Positions 9,492 to 19,155 of a stretch of 64,000 nucleotides of DNA are shown piece by piece. The first letter of the stretch is position 1. Each line of letters begins with the position of its first letter. The notes under the pieces were generated by a model. The model had not been told where the DNA came from, did no database searches, and worked only from the letters and a program-made list of their open reading frames with translations. The translations under genes were made by a program, and so were the position numbers. Source of the stretch: a virus (taxonomy: Duplodnaviria > Caudoviricetes); the IMG/VR virus record IMGVR_UViG_3300035703_000089, positions 1,168 through 65,167 of that record. The stretch is one strand, 5' to 3'.

Positions 9492-11082
9492 AGGAAATAT
9501 AAGATTAAGAAGTAATACTGAACCAGAACTACATCCAGTTCCTGCACCACCATTAATTGATTGGGTGGAAGATGCAATGAGAGATCCAAGTTTTGATGAA
9601 ACTGATGAGGAATTAGAGCGCATGCTTGAAGAAGAAGAACATTCTTCTGAACCTGAATTTAGTGATGATGATCTTGTAAAGTTATATGAAAATGATGAAA
9701 AGATAAAGTATAAAGATGCTGTTTATGTACAGCATTTTGGTTTTTTCAAAAAAGATGATCCTAGATTATTTAAAGATAAGTTTTACAATGATTTAAATTT
9801 AATAATTGATGAAAAACTTAAATTATTGGCCTATAATCAAATATATGCAGTATATGAAGATATAGACGCTAAAGGTAATCTAATTAACCCATCTTATACT
9901 GTAGCTGCTGAATGTAGTTCAAATTATATTCAAGTTAGTAATCCAAATCATAAACTATCAGAGTTTTCATGGCTAGATGATAAATTTGTAGATAATAATG
10001 TATTTAAATATTATTATGTAGAATGTGTAAATACTGGTAATTTTTATCGCAAAGATGATCCTAATACACCTAAAAATATATTAGTTAAACAAAATGATAT
10101 AACTTATAGGAAACGCAAGTATAATAAATCTTTTAAAGATTTAGTAGCTAATAAACCTATGACTTATGTTAAAATGCTTGGTAAAAAATATACTTGGGGT
10201 GTAGAAATAGAAACTTCAAGTGGTTATTTGCCAAAGTATTTAGATAAAAAGTTAGTTTATGATGCAGTACATGATGGTTCATTGAGAGATGAAAATGGCA
10301 ATGTATTTGGCGGTGAGTATGTAACTAGTGTATTATATGGTGACCTAGGTTTACAACAGCTTAAAATGCTTTGTAATGAATTATCTAAAAGATGCATGAT
10401 TAACAAGAAGTGCGGTGTTCATGTCCATATAGGTGGAGCAACATTTAATAAGGAAAGTGTAGTATTGATGTACTACCTTTATAAGAAAATGGAGAAGTCT
10501 ATATTTAACATGTTACCTGAGTCTAGAAGAGATAATGAATATTGTAGGAAATTACCTAATGTTAATATTAATATAAGCTCTATTAATACAAATAGAGAAT
10601 ATAATATTGATTATTATTATAATACTATAATGACTATATTATCTTCAGGTTATTCACCAGATCATAAGGTTAATAAGAAAAATGATCATCCAAAGGGTTT
10701 TAAATGTGGTTATGATCATAGTGCTGCAAGATATTGCTGGGTTAATTTTATCCCTGCAGTATTTAATACTAGGAAAAATGAAGTGTATACTATAGAGTTT
10801 AGACCTCATTCTGCTAGTACATCTTATTATAAGATTAAAAACTGGTTATTTATATGCATTGCATTGATTGATATTGTAGAGAACCATAAGAAAGAAATCT
10901 ACAATAATCCTAATATTACATTGCAAGATATAATCAGAATAGTTTATCCTAAAAATCACATGCAAATCAATGATTATATTGAGAAAAGAACTTTAAAGTT
11001 TGCTGATAAATCAATTAATCATGAAATAAGTGACTATACGGATAACGAAGTAACTGATGATTTAACATTAAAAAGTTTGTAA
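9481..11082 (+). CDS. putative amidoligase (Amidoligase_2-type COOH-NH2 ligase)
   Basis: WGVEIET, HDGSL, GEYVT, CGVHVHIG and TIEFRPH motifs; acidic N-terminus. Confidence 0.88.
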   Translation: MPIEGNIRLRSNTEPELHPVPAPPLIDWVEDAMRDPSFDETDEELERMLEEEEHSSEPEFSDDDLVKLYENDEKIKYKDAVYVQHFGFFKKDDPRLFKDKFYNDLNLIIDEKLKLLAYNQIYAVYEDIDAKGNLINPSYTVAAECSSNYIQVSNPNHKLSEFSWLDDKFVDNNVFKYYYVECVNTGNFYRKDDPNTPKNILVKQNDITYRKRKYNKSFKDLVANKPMTYVKMLGKKYTWGVEIETSSGYLPKYLDKKLVYDAVHDGSLRDENGNVFGGEYVTSVLYGDLGLQQLKMLCNELSKRCMINKKCGVHVHIGGATFNKESVVLMYYLYKKMEKSIFNMLPESRRDNEYCRKLPNVNINISSINTNREYNIDYYYNTIMTILSSGYSPDHKVNKKNDHPKGFKCGYDHSAARYCWVNFIPAVFNTRKNEVYTIEFRPHSASTSYYKIKNWLFICIALIDIVENHKKEIYNNPNITLQDIIRIVYPKNHMQINDYIEKRTLKFADKSINHEISDYTDNEVTDDLTLKSL

Positions 11083-11085
11083 AAT

Positions 11086-12372
11086 ATGTGTTTAATAAGT
11101 GTGTGCCCTAAAGGAACTAAGAAGGGCACAGAACAAGTATATAAATTTATTAAATCTGGCATGGAAAGTAACACTAGTGGTAGTGGTTATATGTTCAAGC
11201 GAGATGGTGAAAATACAATAACAATTAGAAAAGGATTTTTTAATTATGGTAGATTAATTGAGTCCTTGGAAAGTGATAGATTAAATGATAATGATGAGTT
11301 AGTAATTCATCATAGGATTCCAACAAGTGGCAATAGAAATGATTTAAATTGCCATCCATTTGTTATATCTGATAATCATAGTGAAGTTATAATGACTAAC
11401 GGAAGTACAGAAAAGCCTTGTATGGCTCATAATGGTATTTTCAGTAGAATTATAAGCCTTGAAAACCTTAATCCAGAGTTTTCAGATACTTATGCATTTG
11501 CAAGATATATTATGGGTAATCCTAATATGTATGAAATATTTACAAATGATTATCTTTTATTTGAAACTTTAACTTCTCATATAGTTGGAACTGATAAGTT
11601 AGTATTCTTATTTCCTAATAAAGATTTAATGATGATAGGTCAATACATTCAAGATGATGGCTATTTTCATTCAAATACAGGCTATAAGAGATATACTTAT
11701 GATAGAGGTGGTAGCAGTAGTCACAACTATGCAACATCGTCACACAGCAGTTTTTCAGAAGGATATGGAAATTGGAGTGAATATGTTGATGAAGATGAAA
11801 GTGAATATGGTTGGCCTCCAGCTCTTCCAGTAATCAAGTCTATGCAACGTGTAACTAATAGTGTAGTTGTACCTAACCTTATAGCATTTGATTCAAGTGA
11901 AATAGCTTTAGATGAGAAAAACTATAATCATTTTGATTATGTAATGAAAACTAAGTGGGATGATACACCTCCTAATGAGAGGCATAAAGTTAAATTAAGT
12001 AGTTTAGAAGGTTTTGATGGTAATGCGTTATTACAAGTTTTAACATGGGTTAGTGAAGATAAAAAGACTTATGGTGCTGGTGTACAAACATTCTCATTGA
12101 TGGAAAACTATTATTATATTCCTAAAAATGAACATTACAATGTTTATAAGGATTATAAGAAATTGTTACTTAATGATTATCAGTATAGTAAAAGCTCTAT
12201 TAAAGATTTAGGTAAATTGTTAAATCGTAACTATTTAAAGCCAGACAATCATCCATTGCTATTCAAAAAAGATAGTAAGTTTTATTGTAAAAAAGCTTTA
12301 CAAATGTTACATAATAATTTAACTAATCCTATGAGAGAAGTTATTGATGCATTAAACGCAGGGACTGCATGA
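11086..12372 (+). CDS. second class II glutamine amidotransferase
   Basis: MCLI (Cys2), GSG, HHRIPTSG, NCHPF, AHNGI and SDT motifs. Confidence 0.85.
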   Translation: MCLISVCPKGTKKGTEQVYKFIKSGMESNTSGSGYMFKRDGENTITIRKGFFNYGRLIESLESDRLNDNDELVIHHRIPTSGNRNDLNCHPFVISDNHSEVIMTNGSTEKPCMAHNGIFSRIISLENLNPEFSDTYAFARYIMGNPNMYEIFTNDYLLFETLTSHIVGTDKLVFLFPNKDLMMIGQYIQDDGYFHSNTGYKRYTYDRGGSSSHNYATSSHSSFSEGYGNWSEYVDEDESEYGWPPALPVIKSMQRVTNSVVVPNLIAFDSSEIALDEKNYNHFDYVMKTKWDDTPPNERHKVKLSSLEGFDGNALLQVLTWVSEDKKTYGAGVQTFSLMENYYYIPKNEHYNVYKDYKKLLLNDYQYSKSSIKDLGKLLNRNYLKPDNHPLLFKKDSKFYCKKALQMLHNNLTNPMREVIDALNAGTA

Positions 12373-12596
12373 TAGAGAATGTAAATAGTATATCTGATAG
12401 ACAAAAGATGATACATATTTACTTAAAAATACTAAATATTAGTAATAATAATTTGTTTTCTAATGTAGAAATAGTATCTTTGTTAAAGTCTAAGTTTGAT
12501 TATGATGTGTCAATAAAAGATGTCCAGTTGTATTTTGAGCCAACAGTGTTTGAAGATGAGATTGATTTGAGATTGCAAATGAAACACTTAATGTAA
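12369..12596 (+). CDS. hypothetical protein
   Basis: Coupled ORF. Confidence 0.7.
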   Translation: MIENVNSISDRQKMIHIYLKILNISNNNLFSNVEIVSLLKSKFDYDVSIKDVQLYFEPTVFEDEIDLRLQMKHLM

Positions 12597-12603
12597 CAAC
12601 TTA

Positions 12604-13191
12604 ATGAACAACTTTAAAATAGATATAAAAACTTTAATAGATCTTCAACTTAGCTTTGAAGAGTATTTTGTTTTATACTCAATACATACAAATAATAAAC
12701 AACTTATAACAAGTTATACTCACAACTGCAAAAAGATTAAAACTTATGTTTTTATAGATTTAGAATCTAACGGCTACATTAACATTGCAGACCGTTTGGA
12801 TAATAATATTTACTTTGAGTTATTATCTCTTACTGACAAAGGCAAGTCGCTACTCGGTAACCGTATCCCTTCAGAGTCAGAACATAGTTTTGAGGAATTC
12901 AGAAAATTTTATCCTTCCATTGTTAAACAAGGGGTGGAAACCCGCCGTTTACATGGGAATCTTAAAAAGTGTAAGAGTGCCTATGAGAAGCTATTACTGG
13001 AAACAACGCATGAAATATTATGTAAATGTGCGCAATTATATCACAGGGAAAAGATTAGATCTAACTCTGTGATATATATGCAAAATTTAGAAACATGGCT
13101 TAATCAAGCAAATTATAAACAATATCTACAAGATATAAAACAGGTAGATTTAATAACTAATACGGAGAATAAGCAGAGTGAGGATATTTGA
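12604..13191 (+). CDS. putative replication initiator / helicase loader with winged-helix N-terminus
   Basis: LESNGYI...LTDKGK wHTH-like motif; FEEFRKFYP and ETWLNQ motifs; overlaps the helicase start. Confidence 0.6.
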   Translation: MNNFKIDIKTLIDLQLSFEEYFVLYSIHTNNKQLITSYTHNCKKIKTYVFIDLESNGYINIADRLDNNIYFELLSLTDKGKSLLGNRIPSESEHSFEEFRKFYPSIVKQGVETRRLHGNLKKCKSAYEKLLLETTHEILCKCAQLYHREKIRSNSVIYMQNLETWLNQANYKQYLQDIKQVDLITNTENKQSEDI

Positions 13192-15288
13192 TAATCTATA
13201 TAATAAGATAGAATCTAATATAGAAAAGAAAGAATTAGGTGGTATAACTTCAATTGTACCACCTTTCCCTAGATTAGCTAAGAAATATCCTGGTTGGGTA
13301 AAAGGTACTTATTCAATAATAACTGCATCAAGCGGGATAAAAATAAATTTTAACTTGTACTTGCAGTATTAATAAAAAATCACTATATTAATAGTATATA
13401 TTATACTATTATGAAAGTGCCTAAAATTTTATTTAAAAAGAAAATTCCACAAAGTGGGATTTATTGTATTGAAAACACAAAAAATGGAAAAATTTATATT
13501 GGAAGTTCTAAAAACATGTATCAAAGATTGCATGTCCATAGAATTTACTTAAATAATAAAGTTCATCAAAATCAAAAATTGCAAAATTCTTGGAACAAAC
13601 ATACTGAAAACAGTTTTATATGTTATTCTTTAGAAATGTGCAGTCATAATGATTTGACTAAAAAAGAACAATATTGGATTGATTTATTATCTCCTTGGTA
13701 TAATATTACTTTAAAAGTTGAAAGAAACATACTTTCAGAAGAAAGTAAAATTAAAATTTCAGAAACTTTAAAAAGAAAATATAAATCAGGAGAAATTAAA
13801 GCTACAAGAACATCTGAAATAGATTGTTATGATTTAGAAGGAAACTTTATTAAATCATATAAAATGCTAAAAGATTGTTCAAAAGATTTAAATATTGCAA
13901 CTAGTTCAATAACTAGAATTATAGCTGGTGAATATAAACAATGTAAAGGTTATCAATTCAAATACAAAAATGATAATAAAATTTTAGGAAAAGTTGAAAT
14001 TGATATTGCAGGAAGAAGTAAAAGATCAGTCCCCTTAAAATCGGATAAATTGCTGGAAAACCCTGAAGAGGATAATCAGCAGCCTATCATTACTTTAAAT
14101 GAGTAATGCTGGTTCAACGACTAGATATTGAAACTAAATTATGGAATATAAGCAGTTATTCTCTAAAGAACCTTGTTTGCATGTTACAATCGCAGGGAAA
14201 GCACCTAGATAAATTTAGAATATAATATATCCACGAACATCCGACATTTCATAAGTCTTTGAAATGATGATATAGTCTGAACTATAGATATAACAAAATG
14301 AAACTATAGATCTATAAGATAAAGAGCTTATAGGATAACAAAATGTGGTAAGACTAAAATAGCAAAGTTCTTTGCAGTAACATCTGTATATGAATTTGCT
14401 AAGGCTAATCCTAATATAAAAGTTAAAGTATTTTACTTTGCATTAGAAGAAAGTAAAGAAGTATTTTGGTTAAGTATGATAAGTAGTTTGTTATATACAA
14501 GATATAACATTTATTTATCACCTCAACACCTTTTATCATTAGGTGAATTTACTTTAGATAGAAACACACTTGAAAGAATTGAGTCTGTTAAAGAAGAAGT
14601 AAATGATATGGAGAAATATATTGATGTTGTAGATCATGTATTTAATCCGTATGGTATTTATAGATATGTAAGGGAATGGTTTCAGAATCCTGAAATTGGT
14701 AGTTTTAAGAAAATTGAAACTGAGAATGGTGTAATCAATGGTGAATTTGTATATAATGATGACGATCAATATGTATTTGTAGTAACTGATCACGTATCAT
14801 TATTAGTTCCAGATACTAACGGAAAGATTACTCAACAAAAGAACTTACATGAAGCTATGAGTTATTTCTCACAAGAGTATTGCCTTAAACAAATGTGTAA
14901 AAGATTGAAATGTGTTGTTATTAATATACAACAACAAAGTGCTGAGAAGGAGAAACAGGAGTTTTATAAAGGTCAATCTATTGAGAAGAAATTAGAGCCA
15001 AGCCTTGATGGTTTAGCTGATAATAAATTAACACAGAGGGATTGTGACCTTGTGTTAGGTCTATTTGCACCAACTAGATATGAATTAGATAGTTATAGGG
15101 GATTTAATATAAATAGATTGAAGGACAAGTACAGGTGTTTAATATTTCTAAAAGATCGTCATTATGGCTTAGCAAATAATTATGTAAATCTTTATTTTAA
15201 TGGTGCTTCAAACATTATGAAAGAATTGCCACTTGCTAAAGATATGACGGAAAATGATTACTTAAATATTGAACAAAATAAATTTTAA
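13178..15288 (+). CDS. dnaB: DnaB-like replicative helicase, spliced: exons 13178-13338 and 14346-15288 (367 aa)
   Basis: Splicing restores Walker A TASSGIGKT in frame; FALEE, VTDHVSLL, IQQQS and TQRDCD motifs follow. Confidence 0.85.
13361..13391 (+). promoter_or_regulatory. putative promoter TTGCA-N18-TATATTAA for the GIY-YIG endonuclease
   Basis: Same motif and spacing occur at five other sites; followed by hairpin aatagtata/tatactatt just before the ATG. Confidence 0.65.
13411..14106 (+). CDS. GIY-YIG homing endonuclease with NUMOD1-like DNA-binding domain
   Basis: SGIYCIEN...IYIGSS...R; C-terminal YDLEGNFIKSY...KGYQFKY; lies inside the intron. Confidence 0.92.
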   Translation: MKVPKILFKKKIPQSGIYCIENTKNGKIYIGSSKNMYQRLHVHRIYLNNKVHQNQKLQNSWNKHTENSFICYSLEMCSHNDLTKKEQYWIDLLSPWYNITLKVERNILSEESKIKISETLKRKYKSGEIKATRTSEIDCYDLEGNFIKSYKMLKDCSKDLNIATSSITRIIAGEYKQCKGYQFKYKNDNKILGKVEIDIAGRSKRSVPLKSDKLLENPEEDNQQPIITLNE

Positions 15289-15291
15289 TAA

Positions 15292-16017
15292 ATGACAGAA
15301 ACAATTAAACTTCCTACTAAAAAAGTAGAAGCACAGAGAGTTAATCCAAAGAGATTAGTTATTTATTCTAAGCCTAAGACTGGTAAAACAACAGCTTTTG
15401 CAGGTTTAGATAATAATCTAATAATAGATTTGGAGAATGGCTCAGATTATGTAGATGCTTTAAAGGTTAAAGCAAATAGTATTGAGGATCTAAAAACAAT
15501 AGGTACTCAACTTAAAGAGGCAAATTATCCTTATAAGTTTGTTACAATTGATACTGTAACTGTACTTGAGGATATAGTAAAGCCATATGCTTTAAGGTTA
15601 TATAAAAGTACTCCAATAGGCAAGAATTTTGATGGGGATGATGTACTTAAACTACCTAATGGCGCTGGCTATATGTATCTTAGAGAAGCATTTTTCAAGA
15701 TACTAGACTATATTGATAGCTTTGCACCTCACATCATACTATCTGGTCATATAAAAGATAAGCAGGTAGATGATAAAGGTGAGCTTGTAATGGCTGCAAA
15801 TATAGATTTAACAGGTAAAATTAAATCTTTAATCTGTTCACAAGCAGACGCAATAGGTTATATGTTCAGGAAAGGCAATCAAACTATACTTAGTTTTAAA
15901 GCTACTGATGAAATAACTTGTGGCGCTCGTCCTGATCATTTAAAGAATCAGGAAGTATTGCTTGCAGAAGAAGTAAATGGTGTGTATACAGCATACTGGG
16001 ATAAAATTTATAAATAA
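15292..16017 (+). CDS. AAA-family P-loop ATPase (AAA_24 / Sak4-like)
   Basis: YSKPKTGKTT, IDLENG, TIDTVT, SGH and ADAIGY motifs. Confidence 0.85.
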   Translation: MTETIKLPTKKVEAQRVNPKRLVIYSKPKTGKTTAFAGLDNNLIIDLENGSDYVDALKVKANSIEDLKTIGTQLKEANYPYKFVTIDTVTVLEDIVKPYALRLYKSTPIGKNFDGDDVLKLPNGAGYMYLREAFFKILDYIDSFAPHIILSGHIKDKQVDDKGELVMAANIDLTGKIKSLICSQADAIGYMFRKGNQTILSFKATDEITCGARPDHLKNQEVLLAEEVNGVYTAYWDKIYK

Positions 16018-16049
16018 TAAAATAATAATAACTAATAAATAATAATAAT

Positions 16050-16628
16050 ATGTTCAATTTAAACGAAGCAAACGAATCAACAGGAAGTTCAGTTAATTAC
16101 CAAAAAGTAGGTATTTATGACAATGTAAAAGTAACTGAAGTAATTTTAGCTAAAACTGGTCTTAATCAAGTTCCTTATATGGAGTTAAAAACTGTTGGTG
16201 AGGATGGTGCAGTTGGTAAAAGTAATAAAATGTTCTTATCTACAGATGTTAAGCCTGGTAAACAAACCTCAGCTTGGGCTATTACTGCTCGTAACATCTT
16301 AGATTTAATTGTAAATACTCACAATATTACTCGTGATGAGGCTAAGGCTATTCAGTTAGTTAACCCTGCTGAAACTAATCCTGAGAAGGCACAAGCTGAC
16401 TTAGTTAATAAAGTTGCATCTTTGTTAGTAGGTAAGCCTTTCCGTGCTAAATTCCGTGGTGAAGAAGGTACTAAGCCAGGTGTTATTTGGGTATCATTAG
16501 ATTTAACTGAGTCAATGAATGTGCCTAAAGATCAATCTATGTTAAGATTTGATCCAGCACGTGATATTAAAAAGTTAATTGTACCTACTGCTACTGCAGC
16601 TACTACAACTAACGATTTACCATTCTAA
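16050..16628 (+). CDS. putative single-stranded DNA-binding protein
   Basis: C-terminal NDLPF tail; sits between the Sak4-like ATPase and primase. Confidence 0.65.
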   Translation: MFNLNEANESTGSSVNYQKVGIYDNVKVTEVILAKTGLNQVPYMELKTVGEDGAVGKSNKMFLSTDVKPGKQTSAWAITARNILDLIVNTHNITRDEAKAIQLVNPAETNPEKAQADLVNKVASLLVGKPFRAKFRGEEGTKPGVIWVSLDLTESMNVPKDQSMLRFDPARDIKKLIVPTATAATTTNDLPF

Positions 16629-16640
16629 ATCAATTTAATT

Positions 16641-16677
16641 AAGTATTAGGGGCATTAATATTGTCCCTAGTACTTTT
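16641..16677 (+). terminator. intrinsic terminator
   Basis: Stem agtattaggggca / tgtccctagtact (with G-U pairs) followed by a T run. Confidence 0.7.
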
Positions 16678-16683
16678 ATAAAT

Positions 16684-17691
16684 ATGTATAATTTACAAGA
16701 AGAACATAGTAATATAAGTTTAGATGATATATTCTCCAGATTATCAGAATATGAATTATGGAGTTATTATTGCCCTAATTTTACAAAATTAGATAAATCT
16801 TTTTTATCAGAACTTTACGATGATAAAAACCCTTCTTGTAGAATATTTATAGGTAATAACAATAGATTGCAATACAAAGATTTTGGCACAGGTGATACTT
16901 ATACAATACTGGATTATATACAAAGGAAATACAACTGTAACTTCAAAGAGTGCTTAAATATAATAGCAAATGATTTTAGTTTAAAGAAAACAGGTATTAC
17001 TTTGAATAAAACAGTTAAAACATTTAATGTTGAAGAAAAGTTATTAATCAGGCCTAAATCAAGGATTGAAATATTATCACAACCTTTTAATATAACAGAT
17101 TTTAATTACTGGAATCAATATAAAATACCATTTGATTTGTTAAATGAATATAATGTATTTTCATGCAAACATGTTTATTTATACAAAGGAGATGATATGA
17201 CTGTATTTACTTATACAAAACAACGACCTATATACGCTTATAGGTTTTGTAGTAATAATGAATATAGTTATAAGATTTATATGCCTTATAATGATAAAAA
17301 ATATAAATGGTTATTCTCTGGTGGTAGCTCAAAAGATATTGAAGGACTTGATCAGCTTTCATTAAATGGAGATACGCTTATATTGACTAAAAGCTTAAAG
17401 GATTGCATGGCTTATAGGTTGCTAGGTTATGATGCTATATCACTGCAAGGTGAGGCTAATAAACTAGAATATGACCTAGTAGATAAGTTACTTAAAAGGT
17501 TTGATAAGATTATTGTTAATTATGATAATGATGCAGAAGGTATAAAAGGCTCAGAAAGGTTTAAATCACAATATAATTTTGATTATTTCTTTATAGATGA
17601 ATATAAAGATTTAAGTGATTATATGATGCATAAAAGCCTTAGTGAAGCTAAAGAAATGATTTCAAATAAATTAAAACAATTAAATGGCTAA
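16684..17691 (+). CDS. DNA primase (TOPRIM), crAss-type
   Basis: DKNPSC, YKDFG, TKSLKD, YDNDAEG and KDLSDY motifs. Confidence 0.88.
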   Translation: MYNLQEEHSNISLDDIFSRLSEYELWSYYCPNFTKLDKSFLSELYDDKNPSCRIFIGNNNRLQYKDFGTGDTYTILDYIQRKYNCNFKECLNIIANDFSLKKTGITLNKTVKTFNVEEKLLIRPKSRIEILSQPFNITDFNYWNQYKIPFDLLNEYNVFSCKHVYLYKGDDMTVFTYTKQRPIYAYRFCSNNEYSYKIYMPYNDKKYKWLFSGGSSKDIEGLDQLSLNGDTLILTKSLKDCMAYRLLGYDAISLQGEANKLEYDLVDKLLKRFDKIIVNYDNDAEGIKGSERFKSQYNFDYFFIDEYKDLSDYMMHKSLSEAKEMISNKLKQLNG

Positions 17692-18085
17692 TAAAATTAA
17701 AGTAAGTTTTGAGATTGAAGATTCTTATAATATCCAAGGGTTTAGGAATTTTCTTAAATATATACAATCTGATGATAAGTTTGAGTTATACATTATATCA
17801 AATGATGATGATTCAGCACTTATAACAAAAGTTGGACAGAATTTAGGATTAGATCCATCTAAGGTAATTATATGCAACTTTACTCAAGATAAAATACAAG
17901 CTATTATTGATAATAATATTAATATTCATTTAGATAATTTACAAAGTACTATAATGCTTGTACAAGAAACTACAAGTGCTTATGGTATATTAGTAACAAA
18001 GAATCTAAATAAATATTATTTAGAACCAGACTATGTTATTGTATTTAACAGAGTCGTTGAGGAAATAGAAAGTAATGCGCCGTAA
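17684..18085 (+). CDS. hypothetical protein, possible degenerate HAD fold
   Basis: KVSFEIED...LYIIS...K...IHLDN pattern echoes HAD motifs I-IV without canonical Asp residues. Confidence 0.55.
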   Translation: MANKIKVSFEIEDSYNIQGFRNFLKYIQSDDKFELYIISNDDDSALITKVGQNLGLDPSKVIICNFTQDKIQAIIDNNINIHLDNLQSTIMLVQETTSAYGILVTKNLNKYYLEPDYVIVFNRVVEEIESNAP

Positions 18086-18581
18086 AGTAAAAAAAACAAG
18101 CTTTTCAGGTGCTTCTGAAAACAAGAAGATACGTAATGCTAAGAAATTAGAAATAAATGGTTTAAAGTTTAGATCTAAGCTTGAGGCATTTACCTATCAG
18201 AAACTTGTAGAAAATGGTATTACAGACTTTAAATATGAAGCTGATAAGTTTGTATTACAGGAAGCATTTGAGTATAATAACGAGTCTTATGAAGCTTATG
18301 AGAGGAAAGAAGGGAAACAATATGTAAAGAATTTCTCAGATGTTGATCATAAGATTAGAAGCTTAACGTATTTACCTGATTTTACAAGAATAAATCCAGC
18401 TACTAAAACTGGTTGGATATTAGAGGTAAAAGGTTACAATAATGATGCGTTTCCAATTAAATGGAAATTATTCAAAAAGTACTTACAGGATAACAATTAC
18501 AACGTCACTCTATACAAGCCTAATACGCAAGGAAACGTTATTAAGTGTGTAGAATTGATTAAATCTAGATATTATAGTTAA
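18075..18581 (+). CDS. PD-(D/E)xK endonuclease (DUF1064 / resolvase-like)
   Basis: FRSKLE, TYLPDF and ILEVKG motifs. Confidence 0.85.
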   Translation: MRRKVKKTSFSGASENKKIRNAKKLEINGLKFRSKLEAFTYQKLVENGITDFKYEADKFVLQEAFEYNNESYEAYERKEGKQYVKNFSDVDHKIRSLTYLPDFTRINPATKTGWILEVKGYNNDAFPIKWKLFKKYLQDNNYNVTLYKPNTQGNVIKCVELIKSRYYS

Positions 18582-18955
18582 TGAGATACATATTACTATT
18601 TTCAGTTGCTTTAATAACGTCATGCATGACTGTTAAGCAAGAAAAGTTCTCTTATAAGGCCTTAGAAAAAGAATTACAGTTACTAGGTATTAAGCACCCA
18701 AAAATTGTACTTGCTCAAGCAAAATTAGAAACTGGTAATTTTAAATCAAACTACTTTAAGAAAAGAAATAATCTTTTTGGATTTAGAGATGGTAAAGGTT
18801 ATTTACGCTTTAAATCGTGGCAAGATTGCTGTAAGTATTATAAGAGATGGCAAAGAAAAAGATATAAAGGTGGTAACTACTATCATTTCCTTAAACAAGT
18901 AGGTTATGCAGTAGATCCACTTTATATAAAAAAACTAAAAAAATGTTTAAAGTAA
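18581..18955 (+). CDS. GH73 glucosaminidase-like muralytic enzyme with lipoprotein-type signal
   Basis: AQAKLETG, NNLFG and GYAVDPLY motifs; N-terminal LITSC lipobox. Confidence 0.85.
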   Translation: MRYILLFSVALITSCMTVKQEKFSYKALEKELQLLGIKHPKIVLAQAKLETGNFKSNYFKKRNNLFGFRDGKGYLRFKSWQDCCKYYKRWQRKRYKGGNYYHFLKQVGYAVDPLYIKKLKKCLK

Positions 18956-19155
18956 GCAGTGATAAATTAATACGTATTGTTAAAGCTCTAGAAGCTTCAA
19001 ATAACGCTATTAATATACTTGAAAGAGCCAATAAGAATCACATACTATTTAGTAATGTGAAAAATGAAATAACTAATTTAGCAGAGGAAATAACCTCTCA
19101 ATATGGGCTTAAAGAGTTCAATGACTTTAAAGATAATGGAGAGTCAGAAGGATAA
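18943..19155 (+). CDS. hypothetical protein
   Basis: ORF overlapping both neighbours. Confidence 0.65.
   Translation: MFKVSSDKLIRIVKALEASNNAINILERANKNHILFSNVKNEITNLAEEITSQYGLKEFNDFKDNGESEG

Larger units (their letters stand above)
13339..14345 (+). mobile_element. group I intron (IA-like) in the helicase Walker A motif
   Basis: P aattgctggaaa, Q aatcagcagc, R ttcaacgacta, S gatatagtc; P3 tcggat/atccga; exon GGGAU pairs with IGS GUCCC near 14030; terminal G at 14345. Confidence 0.9.

Noticed and set aside
16012-16050. TAA-rich repeat upstream of the SSB gene
   Set aside because: Short A-rich leader typical of Bacteroidota translation initiation; not an array or iteron set.
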